A stretch of DNA of 62,849 nt, the filler included, from Choristocarpus tenellus KU-1152 (taxonomy: Eukaryota > Protista > Phaeophyceae): the NCBI GenBank assembly GCA_964200185.2. It is 8 parts of 8 records of this genome, joined end to end, with 100 filler letters (N's around TTAATTAATTAA, not from the genome) between each part and the next. Parts side by side here need not be neighbours in the genome. Positions count along the whole stretch, not along the records: positions 11,851 to 24,391 come from CAXNAD020001802.1; positions 24,492 to 35,509 come from CAXNAD020002564.1; 6 more parts are not named here. One strand, given 5' to 3'. Position 1 is the stretch's first letter; each line of letters opens with the position of its first letter. Below are positions 12,287 through 26,407 of this stretch, in pieces. The position numbers were made by a program, and so were the translations under genes. The notes below the pieces were generated by a model. That model was not told the DNA's origin. It saw nothing but the letters and a program-made list of their open reading frames with translations, and searched no databases.

Positions 12287-15200
12287 GGGTCTGCGGACAA
12301 GGCAGCAGATGGTATGTTGTCTCACTCTGGGGCGGTGGGCACGGAGGCGTTAATGGGCATGTTGAAGAACTACTGTCGCAGTCTCAACTTGAAGACCGCT
12401 ATCACCGTGGGGGTCATTGGCTACCCCAATGTGGGGAAGTCGTCTCTGATCAATTCCCTCAAGAGGTGATGTACTTGTAGTTTTTGTAATTGAGAGAGAG
12501 GGTGCTTTGCCTGGGTGCGCATGTTTGATGGTTAGGTTTAGGGTATGCCTGGGGACTGCTGTTTGCGGTTAACGATTGAAGAGATGGGAATTGGATTGTG
12601 TGGGATTCGTCTTCTATTTTGAAGGTATACCTTCATTGCGGTTGAAGTGGTGGGAGGGGTGTGTTGGGTTATGTTACAACTTCAAGGCATATGTTACACT
12701 ATTAGAAGTGAATGTTGTTTCTCCAGTGGCAGCAAAGATTTCCTTAGAGGGGAAGAATGTGTGTACAACTACTGTGTGTACCAGCCAGTTAAGGTGGTGT
12801 GGTCAATTTTGATTCAATGAAGAGATTCAATGAAGAGAGTGTTGCTTGGGACTTTTTGGTACTAGGTTATTAATGTTAATAGTAAAAAATGGAGAAATAT
12901 AGGTTTTCGATTAACCTGTTGAAGTGGCCTGATTGTTTATACAGGGAAGAGTTCCTTCTTGTCTTGGTGGCGGCCCAGAGCCTCACTCGGTCCCCTCTGA
13001 TTTGTTCTTGATAGTGTGAAGTTGGTTGCAGGTATGCGTTTAGGGTCCAAGAGTTATTGGGCTGCCTATTTTGGTGAGAGATGAAAGATTGCCACCAACT
13101 TGTATGGGAGGTGTTGGGAAGTAAGTGACATTACAAGGTATACCTCTGATGGAATTATCTAAATCCATTGTACTATCATCGGCTTCTTTCCCTGTCATAA
13201 GGTATTGCCAACTTAGCCTCAATCCTCCTGTTTTTGTCCATGGTTGAGAGTCTTCGTTAGGGTGTTGATTGTGTTCTTCTATCTCTTGGGTTTACTGTTT
13301 GTGTTTCCCCAAGACAGTCTCTGTAAATATATCCCTAGTTCTCTCACTTGTCAGTTAGTGTTTACAGGGTATATGGGTGATAGTGTGTGCGGTTTGGGAT
13401 AATGAATCCTCTTCACCTCTGTATGTCTTGTTGTGTGCATTAACTTGAATTGTGCAGAGAGTAGGGTAGTTGAAGGCAAAAACGGTTAGTAGTTGAGATT
13501 ATCCGATGGGTCTCCTTTTTTGTGGTAATCTTGTTAAACCTGTTTCACCTTATGAGATGTCAGTGTACTTCAGACTGCCAATGATGGCCCCCACCTTACC
13601 CCTTTATATTTGCCTTCATATAGCCCACGCTTAGCTGACATGTTTTCCCCTACCCAAGTAGACCTTGTTGCTTAGCTAAACCCACCCAATCACCACTTTC
13701 CTATTCTGGAACTTGTGCATGGTTGTTGAAGGTCTAAAGCTGTGGGCGTCTCTGCCACTCCAGGTTTTACTAAATCCATGCAGGAGGTCCACCTTGATAA
13801 GACGGTACGACTTTGTACATGGTAGTGCTGACTCTAATTTGTTCTGAGTCTTGGATGAAGAGGGGGCGAGGCTGGGGGTTCCCTTGTGAATTGTATTTCT
13901 ATTATTACTGTGTCTGGATGAATACCCTTGCCATGCACACGCACTATTATCACTGTTATTATTATTATTATTTATATGGATGTTATCGCTATCTACGTGG
14001 TATTGTAATGTTGATTTTCTTGACTGTAGTAAACTATGTTTATGCTATCAATGTGGCTCTTGTATTTAGTCCAGGCTGATCTTAGTCCACAAGGAATTTC
14101 CTTGCGATCAAATCATAACGCCTGGTTGGATGTTTTACCGGATTTATCTATGGAGTTTTGGTGGTCACGCCTTGATAGGTGGGGGAAGGAAGTATACACT
14201 ACAGGGACATAGAACATGGATTTTTCAACTTATCAGGATCACACAATAGTGAAATAGTGTGTTAAAACGATACATATTTTTTCAGCATATTGAGACGAAG
14301 CGGATATACTTACTGGATATATTATCACACCCGACTAGGACATGAGATATCTTTATTATTAGATATGAGGAAGTAGAACAATTTGTTACAGCACATTGAA
14401 GGGGATTGTGTGGAAGCTGGGGGGGGGGGGGTAAGGTAGGTTGGGACTGAAGTGCTGTGCTGGAGGATTCATTGGGTTGTGTGGAGGGTAGAGCTTATCC
14501 AGGGGAATGGGAGGAAAGGGGATGATTGAACGAGAGGCTTGATATCCTGACAGTGTGAGGAAGGAGGTTTAGGTTGACTTTGGGAAGAGGCCAGTAGTGG
14601 TCCAGGAAGGGAGGCAACTGAAAGAGAGAGGGTGTTGGGTTAGCCGCTCATCTTTTCTTTTTTTTCAGTTCAAATGTAAGATGTTGTGTCTCTCACTGTA
14701 GCCTGTTAAGGGTTTTGTTTCTGTTCATTGAGTGTGGTCGGTTTCCTCTGTGAGTGAGCTTGACCATCTTTCTGTAAGAAAAAGGGGAGTTGATAGTGTG
14801 AATCAAGGCGCGCATTTCCAGAAGATTTTTCTGTGTAGATTGATCTGAGTCCTGACCGATCCCACTCTGTATCGTTCCATGTTGATTCCTGGACAGGTGA
14901 AGCTGCTTGACTGCCCTGGCATTGTGTTTGATGACAAAGATTCGGAATCCACCCTGCTCAAGAACTGCGTTGATGCAGAATCTATGTCTGATCCAACACC
15001 TGCAGTTGATGCAGTTCTCAAGCGGTGTGCTCCAGAGCAGTTGATGCAGGTGGGGGTAGTTAGTTGCTTTTGGCTCAAAGTATCTGGGGGGGGGGAGGGG
15101 GGGGTGGCTGTCTATTTNNNNNNNNNNGGGGTGGGGGGGGGTGGTGGTGTGCGTTGGGGGGAGGGGGTGGGGGGGGGGGGGGGGGGGGGGATGGCTGTCT

Positions 15201-18200
15201 ATTTGGGCCCAGTTTTTTCATGTCGTGATTTTTGTGTCATTTGGTTGCATTCGTCGGATGGATATAATGTAAATGCACTTTTCCTGATTTTGGTCCAAAT
15301 GGACACCTTGGTGTAGACCTCCCCCACTCCCACCCCAGATACTTTAGGTCTTCATATAGCCCTTTTTGTATCTTTAGAGATGCTATATTGATAGCACTGG
15401 CAATGGATGTCACTCGTGTAAGAAGTTAAATGTGGCCATTTGAATTCCATTCGGGTTAAGTGGGGGCACATAGTTATCTAAACCATATAGACAGTGACTG
15501 ACCTTCCCGATTCTGTTTTTTATTTTTAGTTTATTAATTTGTTCTGTATATTTTGAAATTCAAATTAAAAAAAGAAATAGAAAAAGAGGAGATACTGAGG
15601 CAGAGTAAGCCCTTTGATATAGAGACATTTTGACTGGTGGGAATGCAAGTCGATTTGAGCTCCCCAATCCCTCAAGAATGAAAATGTCGGGAGGCTAAAG
15701 ATTCTTATTTTGATTATTCCTTTTTTTGAAAAAGAACTTTAAAATCAAGCCCTTACGATTATGGTAGTACCATACCACACCTCTAGCCCTATCCCTGACT
15801 CCCCAATAATAATAATAATAATAGGTGTATAGTATTCAACGTTTTGACCCAGCGGACACACCAGGATTCCTGGCTCTGATTGCGAGGAAGGTGGGCAAGC
15901 TGCGGAAGGGGGGGGTGCCAGACCGTATTGCTGCTGCTCGTCTGGTCCTCCGGGACTGGAACTCAGGAAAGGTGAGTACTGTTAAACCTTTTTTTTAACT
16001 GTTATCAACTGGTTCTTTTAAACTATATTTTTCATATTAAAAAAGGTTCTACACTACACTCTCCGGGTGCTGGTTTGTGAATGTTCCGACACTGTCCATA
16101 TATTCCCTTTGCACTTGAGCTGGTTTTTATCGTGTTTCATGGCGTGAGGAAGGAGTATTTGCATTCATGACTGGGGTAAGTGTGTGTCTTTGTCGAGGGC
16201 TATTTTGCTGAGCAAGCCTGAAAGTATTGCTGCTGGCTCTCTCTGTCCTGTCCTGTCCTGTCCTGTCCTGTCCTGTCCTGTCCTGTCCTGTCCTTAAGAG
16301 TACATCTCATGTACTGTTGACTGTCAGATTTTTGTTATTTATTTCAAGAGGTGTTACTTTTCTTGTTTTTTTTCACCTTCACAGTAGTTTTACTGTAAGA
16401 GTGTGTAGTTGCTTGTAGGATGGTGTAGGTGCATTGCATTGTGCTGTTCAGTGCCCTTTACTTGAATCCCTCAATATTGCTTGTACTGTATATTAATGTT
16501 ATCAATGCATAAAAAAGGTACCCTTTTACACTTTGCCACCGGAGGAGGAAGATGCAGGGGGGGCTGCAGCCACAGCGGTGGCAGAGGCAATGTTTGTAGA
16601 GGGATTTGGGAAGGAGTTTGATGCTGAGGCAGAGGAGGGGGATGCGAAGGTGAGGAGGTGTATATTATTGCAGTTTTGGATGAGAAAAGGGTGGCGTACC
16701 GTTGTGGGATGGAATGAAATGGGATGCAGTTGGTAGTTGATGGTTTGATCCTCTCATCTTCTGTCATTCTGGACCTTTTCTCATTCAATAGTCTGAACGT
16801 TTGTAACTGTAACAAGTACACAGGGATGTGGATGGTTTGTTGGTATATACTTGGCGTAGAGTTGTTGATTGTGTTATCTTGTGTTTTCTTATTGGCTCTA
16901 CCAAAACAGTGCCGTGAATAATTGGTAGAGTGCCGTTGGTAACCACAGACACATTGGAAAAATCTGTGCATATCCATCAGAATTGCCCAATTGTACTGTA
17001 TGTTCCTAGGGAGTACTTCCACCATACCATCGGGTTGTTCTAATACCATAACTGTAGCGTAACTGTAGCCCCCTGAGGTGCACTTGGTATAAGTGTACTG
17101 AGTAGGGGTAAACTTACTGTAAAAGTAGCAATACTACGACTACAATAATTGTACTATGTACTTTGCTGTTGTTTTGCATCAAATTGGTGTTCGATGACAA
17201 AGAATGTAGATCCCTGCTGTATTAGTTGCAGTAGTAGATGGATTTGTAACCTTCAACTGTCGGAGTGGTGCTTGTACCTTGTACCTAGAACGTGTTTGTA
17301 CCAAGGAATGTATGCACTTGGAAGTGATGTAGAAAAAGAAAACTGTAATTGTCATTTTGTACATATTTATGTTTTTTTATACCGTAACGTGCTGTCCAGA
17401 TTCCTTCCTGGACCTTTTCTTCCTGTGGCAAAGACAATGATGCCTCATAGTCAAATGCTTCTCACCTTGCGCCCTCTCCAACCCTACTCTCAACAGTTGT
17501 GTCGGCTCTCCCTCCTCTTCCTTTGAACCACATACATGTACCATTTGCCATATGGTCCCCTCCCCCTTGTGAATACTCTGCCCCCACCTTTTGTTCAACT
17601 TGGGTCCACCAACACCAACTCCAATGTGGCCTATGAACAGGTGCTAGAAGCCCTTCCAGAGCGAGACCCTCTAGAATTTGTTACTGTTAAGGCGGGGGTG
17701 TTATCGAGAGGAGGGTGGAGTGAGGGTCCAGATGCCATGGAGGATGAAGAAGGGGAGGGTGATGAAATGGATGAGATGGAGGATGTAAGTTTGGGGTGGG
17801 CACATGGGTTACCTTTGCAGTAAATCATTTTGTTCTGTATGATCAACTGAAGTAACTTAGGGATGGGTGCTGCGGAGGTTTAAGGGCCCCTATGACTTCC
17901 TAGTGGCATATCTTTAGTAGTACACATTCCACAGTAACTGTGGAGTGCCATTTGCCTGTTTTGTGAGTACATTCACTGTACAGAAGCAAGGTGTCCCGAC
18001 CAAGGTCGTTTTTACGGTGTTTTCACTGTGTTTCCTTGCTAACAGTGTTTAAATAAAACTGTGAGTCTAGGCTGCCAAAACATGCGCCCCTCTTCTATTG
18101 GTAGCTTTGACTCGGATCTGATTGGGATGAGTGTGACACTGCAAACAAACAGAAAATGTTTGGTTTTTTAAGGAGGGTGGGGGTCGTTTGCGTATTAGTT

Positions 18201-19278
18201 AACATCCTCTGCTTTTCTAGTTACCATCTCCTGCTTCATCCGCCTGTATATTTTTTATGGTTGTTTGGTGGTACAGTTCTTTTTGCGATTCCCCCTGGAT
18301 GCAGTCTAAGTAAGCATGCCCCTGGAAAAGAATTAAGTGACTGGGACAGCATGGTGTGCAGCCTCTTCTCACAATTAGGGTGATGACTAGGAGCCCGATT
18401 TTTCCCCCATGTTATTGGATTTATGATATGTAGCACACCTTGGTTGATATTGTTGCATTGCCCCCCTAGTACCTTTTTGTTTTTTTATTGATTAGAAGTC
18501 GATTGCCATCATGAGGTAAATCTTCTTCCCCCAGTTCCTCTCTCAGCTGCATGTGCTGCATTTGATGGCTTACTTGCTTCTGTAACTGAATCAAAGTCAC
18601 TTTGGTACTATGTCTGCCCGCTCGCCCTTCCATGTTGCTTATGATAGATCCCTTTTGGGGATGGTCTGTGGACAGAATCCTGAAACAATTCCTATTATTT
18701 CTGTCAGTTTTCCAATCAGAAGGAGGCGATCGCATACAGTGATCTGATACCCACCATTAACGGTTTCTTACATATTCATGGTGTACCGAGCAATCAGGGA
18801 TTATTTTGAAGAACTTGCATGTGATTTGGTGTGTTGCTGTGCATACTATTTTTTGTCTCTTTAGGAGGAGGAAGATGAGGAGGAGAGTGATGAGGACCTT
18901 GCTCCTCTCAAGACTCACTGCCTTGGCAAGTCTGAGGATCGTTCATCTGCTGTGACCTCAGTGACTGAGAAGGGAACAACCTCTGCTGTAAAGGATGTTA
19001 AGGGGACTCCGTCTCCTCGGCAAGCAATGGATGCTATGCTTGAGGAGGAGAGGGCCATCAACCCACAGACCAATAAGAGTCTTAAGAAGGCACACAAGGC
19101 CGCAAAAAAGAAGGGGAGGCGGGCAGCAAAGGCTGAAGGAGGGACAGGGTCTTCAGAACAAGGTAGTGAGGGTCAAAATGGGGATGGTGACTCGTACAGC
19201 TTCACACGAGATTTCTACGGGGGTAGTGGGGTTGGACAAGGAACTGTTGGGGATGATGATGATGATGATGATCTGTGA
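12287..19278 (+). CDS. GNL3: Circularly permuted nucleolar GTPase, GNL3/nucleostemin/Nug1 family (3' seven exons)
   Basis: Exons 12287-12465 (LKNYCRS...[21 protein letters not shown]1), 13732-13804 (ATPGFTK, G2), 14897-15049 (LLDCPGIV, G3), 15825-15971 ([23 protein letters not shown]), 16518-16649 (VPFYTLPP), 17641-17784 and 18865-19278 (acidic tail, stop). All phases join. Confidence 0.93.
15072..15349 (+). mobile_element. MITE family B copy in GNL3 intron
   Basis: GGCTCAAAGTATCTGGGG...CCCCAGATACTTTAGGT; contains a small N gap. Confidence 0.85.
16243..16292. repeat. (CTGTC)n microsatellite
   Basis: About 10 tandem pentamers. Confidence 0.95.
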
Positions 19279-21172
19279 AGAGGCCGTTGTAATATTTTTA
19301 GTATTGATAGTTACATTCTGGGGGGTATTGTGTTGGTGTTCTGTGTGTTGGTGTTTTTTCAGTGTGGTATGATTGTGAGGTTTACACGTACAATGAGCGC
19401 GTGGATACTAGTTCTTTTCCTTATTTTGTGGATATTTTGAAACTTGTCCCTCGTATTTCATGAGAGGGAATGTAGTAGGAACTCCCCCCCCCCCCACAGC
19501 CCTCTCCTATTCGATATATTTTCATCCATGAGGTGGTGGGGGGGAAGTGAATGAGTGAAGGTGTCAAAAGGAAGATGTGTGATGTGTGGTTGGTGCCTGG
19601 GTGGGTAGTCCTTTTATACATTCAAATGAATGTGCTTATGGGTAGGGCTCATCATCCACGACAATCTGTCGGTGGCTCCAAGGAAAAGGAGGGAGAGTGG
19701 GAATAAATTCCTGACTCTAACGGATGAGAAACCATCCCTATGCTATCCTTGCCATTTCCACCCAAGACTTCACTGAAGCTGTCCCTTGTATATTGTCCAT
19801 TATTCAGGCCTATGAGTGGTTTGTGCAGGGAGTATCAATGGGAAGGAGAGGAAAGAAAGTGAGATGGTAGGTAGGAACCACAACTGATCTGTGTACCATT
19901 TTTAAAAAATCACCCAGACTCCTCTGGCAAGCTCATCACTGTTTTAGTCACGGTGTATTGAAATGATGAAGCATAGAAAATGCTCTCTAGGATTACATCT
20001 CTGGCTATTTGTTTCTTCCACCAAGAAGGGACAGTGCTTGCTTTAGTTGCAGCAGTGAGCAACAATTTGGTGAAGTGGCACTTTCAAACCCTAACCCTGA
20101 CTCCTGGAATAACTGGTGAGGCTTTGAGGAACCCAACATTTCAGTGAAGAAGAGGAGATTATTTTTCACTAGTCGAATCTACCTTTGTTTGGTCGTTCTT
20201 CTACAAGGCTCCCCCACTAAGGATATATGAAGAACAGAAAAATGCAAGAGTGTTTTGCTTGTTACTCCTACATATATTTAGTATATTATTGCATAGGAGT
20301 ATATCCTGTACGTAGTATACTACTTGTAAGTATTACCGTGAGAACAGGCCCTTGTTTCTACGACAGTGGTATTCTGAATTTGATTTTCAAAAATACACGC
20401 ATCTCTGACCGTCAACAACTTTCTGACGATTTTGACAAGGAACAGGCGTGCAGTTCTTTTTTTCATTTTGCTCCTTGTGCACTAAGGGTATGCTTGCATA
20501 GGTGCAGGTAGGAGGTTCTGGCAATGATCCAGGTGTTGATGGTGTGCAAGGAGGGAAAAAGTGAGCCCTTACATCAATGGCCGTTATTCCTGGCTGAGTT
20601 CATCAAAACATACCTTACCTGGGCTGGCAGGCAGCCTAGCCCCATTGAGGTATTCTATGCCCTAACCTGACCCTGTAAACCACATATTTTCAGGCTGACC
20701 TTGTCAAGAAGATTCTGTACCCGGCCAGTCTTACTGGTACAGTAGTTGTGCCTATGTAAGAGAGGGTAAATTTGTCGCCACTTTTCATGCTGTAAGAGAG
20801 GTTTTGCATTTTTCCTTCCAATTCTCTCTTACATAAAGCAAACTCGCATTTTCGTTCACTACTTAAGTGAGGGCTTTTCCAAAATGTCATGTCTAAAGTT
20901 GAGCAAAATATAACAAATTAAGGCGCAAAGGTGGTCAAGACCATCAGGACAGAGCATAGCAATCTTTTATCTCTCAGTACAGTACATCGCATGTATCACA
21001 TCAATTTTAGACGACTGCATTGTACAGACGTAATGATGCCCTGCGCAGCGGGATCCAGCTGGAACATTCAGGGTAATGCTCCTGGTCTGCCACACTTTAC
21101 ATGCAGTGTCGCATTTTTAGCAGCTATCTTCATGGCATTTGCAGCATCGTGTATCCTTTGGGGGCCAGCGAA

Positions 21173-21973
21173 ATGAAACTCGTGTTCAAATTGTGTGTGA
21201 GCTCTACCAAGTGCAAGGCTTCGAGTCCTCCAGCTGGTGACAACACAACGTTGAACTGCCACAATAAGAACAAGGGCAAGGGGAAGGTGCTGCCAAATAA
21301 ATCTACAGAGAAAGTTGTGTCCTACAACCCTCACGGTGCTGACAATCGTAAACACTTGAGCTTTGCAGAGAAGTTCCAAGTGTTGACACTCCTGAAGACC
21401 AATGATGGGAACTGCGGTTGCTCAAAAGTTTGGAATCGGTCTTAGCACCCTCTACAAGTTGAAGTAGACAAGAACCATAATAGAAAAAGCATAGACACTG
21501 AATCCTGACGCCAATTCTACGAGGGGTGCCAAACATGTCGAGGTTTGTCAGCGCATGAATTCAAAGTGAAAGTAGGTTGATTGTGAGAGTGATTGAATTG
21601 TCTTTCTGCACTGTCTGCTGATGAGGATCATGACTGTTTTTTTTTGCACGAGTTTCTGTCGTACTGTATTTGTACGGTGTACTGTAGTATCACGGGTGGC
21701 CACTTTGCTCGTAGAGGTACGTCCCACAAGGTGTCCCTATATATGAATGAGGATCTCTCCGATGTTCTTAACGCTCTGCACCTCAAACCCAGTGGGAAAC
21801 CGTCTCAGGCTTTCATCAACTCAGCAAGAGCGTAGATAGGTGTGGAAGACAATGGTGATGCATCCAATGTGATACTAGAGGACATCAAAGACCAGCTGCT
21901 CGAGGAATCCTTGTACCAGTCAGACAATCAAAGCTCGGGTGATGGGGATGACGGTGGGTTTGTGGGAGGGGGC
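21173..21973 (+). mobile_element. pogo/Tigger-like transposase remnant
   Basis: Frameshifted HTH_psq-like RKHLSFAEKFQVLTLLK / GTAVAQKFGIGLSTLYKLK plus an acidic C-terminal remnant. No DDE domain visible. Confidence 0.6.
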
Positions 21974-24317
21974 TGTGCAAAATGGGACAATAGTGAGGTG
22001 TACCTTATTTTGTGCATGTGAGATTATTGCATTGAATTGAGTCCAAATGATGCCACTAATGAGATAGTACATCTGAACTATCCATGGAATTCGGTGTTGT
22101 AGTTACACGTTTCTGACACAAATAATAATGAAGAAACAAGCAATAGAGGACACCTCACAAAGGTCACTCTTCTAATTTCATCCGTTATTTTCACGTTCAG
22201 CAAAGGGGGTTGTGTGAGGCTCCATACCTTCTTGTCTTCACTACTGATAATAGCAATACCTTCCAAGATAAATTGCACAGGTTATGAGCCTTAGTAGTAT
22301 TGAGACTGACCTGAAGAAACTTGCTCTCCGTATGGGGACCACAGGAAGGTCCTTGGAGACCTGTTCCACTTGGAAACTGTCGTTGATAGGCCACGCTGGT
22401 GGGAAGGTTTTGTGCAAGATTATGACGAGGGATTACGATATTCCTGAAACACCCACCACCACCTCGGGAGAGGCAGTGCGCACGGCATATGCCACGTATA
22501 TGAAGAACAACAAGGCATTATGGTTCCTGCTTATCCAAGCGACAAAGGGGTCAGCATCAGCAAACTGTTGCACAACACGAAAGCGAGAGTCAGCCGGACA
22601 GTAGAAGGGCATGGTTAGAGTTAGAAAGAGTCTGTGGAGGGTGTATGGAGGATGAGATCCCCGTACAGCTCATTACATTGGAGATGAGACTTCGAGAACT
22701 CTGTTGCGTGGCATCATAGGACAGCACGGATTTTGTAGTTAAAATCGAGCGACTATTTTCCGACTTTGAGCAGCTCAAGGAGCCAAAATCGGAAAACTCG
22801 AAGAGGGCATCTATACTGCTTGGGATCAAGGAGGCCATGCCACGTGTATTCATGCAATTAATAACGTGCCCTGACATCAGATAAGAGGAGGCCAAATGGG
22901 CAATCATCTCTTCGACAACTTACCTTCACTCAGGTCAAGATGGGCATGATGGGGTATTGGCAATGCACAGCACTGTGAGGAACAGCCATGCTGGGAAGTC
23001 CAGGGGACCAGCTGGAAGCAGCCCCAAACCAAACAAATGTGCATACTGCTTGAAGAGGAACCATCAATGGAAGAAGTGCTACTTATACTTGGATGGAAAG
23101 CCACCTGCAGAACGCCTACCTGGGATGGCGCCTGCCAGAACATTTCCGCCACCTCCACCTGGTGGAAGCAGCAACAGAGTCAACGGGAACCAAGCGTGCT
23201 CCTTCTCCACCTTCAAGGTGACAGCAGATAAGGAGGTTAACAAAAGTGTGGTGCTCAACTCCTCCAGTGGAAGACAAGTCAAGATGTTGTGTGACTCCGG
23301 AGCAAACATCCATCTTGCACCTGATCATGAAGACCTCATAAGCACTCGGGTCACCAAACAGACATGCACCTTCGGTAGCAATGGGAAATTGGAAACGAAG
23401 GAAACCGGGGATATGGCTCTAATGGTGACGGACAAGAACGGCAATCCAACAAGAGTGGTTGTGAAGGATGTTCTATGGGTGCCAGGTCTACCATGCCGCA
23501 TATTGAGTACTGGAACCATACAATGCAATGGAGGAGAATTACGGATTCAGGAACAAAAGAAGGTTATCTGAAAACCTCCAAGAATTCGCCCAAGATAAAC
23601 CTACGAAGGTCTGGGGGGTTCTTCAATTTAACAGGAACCATAATCAACGAGGAACGAGAATCGAGAGCCAGCGCTGTACGAGCCAATTAAAGCAGAAGCT
23701 GACATTGAAGGACTTGCACAACATATTGGGCCTCATCAACCCATTGATTATCAAGCATCTCGAGAAGCATGGACTGTTGGAGATCGCCGATGCTACTGTG
23801 GCATCGGAACTGTGATGCAAGACATGCAAGAAGTGCAAATCAGAGGCTCTAACCTATCAACGGGGTGGCAGCACTCCCAAGCAGGCTGGTGAGGTTGTCC
23901 ACACGGATTTGGCGAGATCATTTCAACCAGACATCACTGGTCACAAATATTTTCAGGTGTTTGTTGATGAGAGCAGCCAGAACAAGAGGGTTTTAATAGA
24001 TTGAAAACCAAAAACGCAGCAACGGTATACCAAGTCCAATGTATCAGTGGGGATGGTGCTGGCGAGCTTGGGAGGTCAGTAAAGTTTCAAAGGATGCTGG
24101 CGAACATCGGTACCAGATGGAGGGAATCCCCACCAAGAGCACTGTAGAGCAATGGGATCGCGGAAAGGAAAATAAAGCAACTCATGGGGGCAGCAAGGAG
24201 CCAACTGGTAAAGGCTGGGCTGGGCGATGAGTACTGGTTCTATGCTATTACGGACGTCGCCTTCAAGACTGGAAGGATGCCACATGAATACCTGGGAGGA
24301 GAGACACAACGCGAGCG
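21974..24317 (+). mobile_element. Ty1/Copia LTR retrotransposon, 5' half, pseudogenised
   Basis: Putative 5' LTR TGTGCAA(21974)...TTGCACA(22279), then PBS GGTTATGAGCC. gag with zinc knuckle CAYCLKRNHQWKKC, protease MLCDSGANIH, pre-integrase H/C motif, integrase VHTDL / VFVDE / NGIAERK. Many stops and frameshifts; RT lost at gap. Confidence 0.92.
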
Positions 24318-24391
24318 GAGCCAAAGTATCTCAGAGGGTAGAGCCACGTCGATTTGGGGGTCAAAATCCAATGTTGCGATTTTGATGTAAT
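24318..24391 (+). mobile_element. MITE family A left end inserted in Copia integrase region
   Basis: GAGCCAAAGTATCTCAGAGGGTAGAGCCACGTC...; truncated by gap. Confidence 0.85.
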
Positions 24392-24836
24392 NNNNNNNNN
24401 NNNNNNNNNNNNNNNNNNNNNNNNNNNNNNNNNNNTTAATTAATTAANNNNNNNNNNNNNNNNNNNNNNNNNNNNNNNNNNNNNNNNNNNNGATATATTA
24501 TATGTACTGACTCATAGTGTTGATTGGTTATATCATGTTCAAGATACACTTCCTATACTTAAGATAAGTAAATAAGTAATTCATAGTAGATTAGTGTCGA
24601 CGATTACAAACCCCACACTATAGAGTAGTGAGGGTAGTTAAGGCTAGAGTCTTACCCACGAGCTCAGTCAGCGGAATCGAGACCACACCACAAAGACCAC
24701 TAGCCCCTTGTATTATTACTAACATTGTTCATCTATATCAAGCTGAACATAAATAAGTTGTGTGGTGTTGTTTGTGTCTGTCATCACCGGAAATATTCAC
24801 TGAAGTGACTCATCACATCGCTATGTACGATGCTAC

Positions 24837-24870
24837 TATGTATGTATGTATGTATGTATGTATGTATGTA
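24837..24870. repeat. (TATG)n microsatellite
   Basis: About 8 tandem units. Confidence 0.95.
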
Positions 24871-26407
24871 CGTATTGCGATAAGGTGGACAGGAGAAGAA
24901 CTAATGGACATGTCTCCAAGACAATGTTCGCCAAGTTTGGGATTGGAGTTCAGGGTTGGAGTACAAAGAAGGTCACTAAACCAAGCACGAGTGGTCCGAG
25001 CGTGTGGCTAATGGTAAGACGAGGTTTATGGCGGAATGGCATTCCAACGAAGCTGTGATCGTTATTGTACGTCACACCAAAGTACCTGGTAAGGTGGATC
25101 AAGGTAACAACACCAACATTTTTTTTCATTTTTTTTCTCCTCTTCCCCTCCGTTTTTGAGTGATGGTGGTTTTGTCATGCACGTTCTATTCTTCCATTTT
25201 TTTCTTTTCTTTTTTTCTTTTTCCTCTATTTCTTTTTTTTCTTTTATGGCCGTTACTTCCTCTTATCAACTGTGACAAAGTATGGGCGGACTAACACTTG
25301 ATGTATATGGACAAGTCAACCCATCTGAACTACATACAAGAGTTCTTGGCGTTTTTTCGTATGTTTTCCGATCTCTCAAACAAAGATAATGATCACAATA
25401 GATGGAGCTGTAGAGAGAACTGACAAGATAAGATTGGTGGGGTAAATATGAATAATAATTCGATAGGTCGAAATTGTCTTCCTTAACAACGACTCCCCTA
25501 TTCATAGTACCTCTTCTAAATATATTATAAATCTCTATGACTTTTGCAGAAGTAAAAAAGGAAAACCAATGAAAAGTCAACCCAATATCAACGGCAGAGC
25601 CCATAGACTTTCTTGTAAGATAGTATACATTTTTTTCTATGAGGTCTACGAAGTATGAGAGGGAACAATAATATGGTGAGTACTTGGAAGAACTATCTTC
25701 ATACTTCATAACACAATTTCCACATACCAATCACGATAAAACAATACTAACGTATCTCGAAATTAGTATGAAACTATTTCAAATAACCACATAAATAGAG
25801 AAAAGGAAGGAAGAGAAGGAAAATATATTCATATCCTGTAAATAAATGTTTGTTTCTAGATATTTCTCAAGTAGTTATCTTAAATAAATATGGTCTCCAG
25901 TAAGAAAAAGATATCGAAAATATATCTCAAAGCTTTTCAAACTTCATCTTTTCAGACGGTGAGACATTATTCTTTCTCACACAACACAATTAACGGAATA
26001 GAACTTAATCGATATGGTTTATATATGGGAAGTATGAAGACCAAACATCAGCCGTTTAGGTTCGTAGGAACCATTTACCTTTCTGTTCAACCCGGCTATT
26101 TATTCCTATAATAAATCCAAGGATTTCGGTAATAACAAGATCCTTAGTCTCATTGACTGTTACCAACTACAAACATTATGTTACCGGTCAGACTTTTGGA
26201 AGAAGCAATTGGTCTCCATAAGCCACAAAAACTTCCTACAGAATATCAATACCAACGTCTCCAAACCTATCCCCTTACAGTTCAGTACACCTAAGTAACT
26301 CTCGTCTCTCCACTTCACACAAGAACATCAACTGAATCCTCAGCCTCACCACCAAAACCCAATACACTGACACCTCTTACAATACGGTACCTCCAAATTT
26401 TAGAGCC

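Noticed and set aside
24595-24725. Possible solo LTR (TG...CA) or tRNA-derived SINE (B-box-like GGTCTCGATTCC)
   Set aside because: No TSD, no second copy in the window and no cloverleaf.
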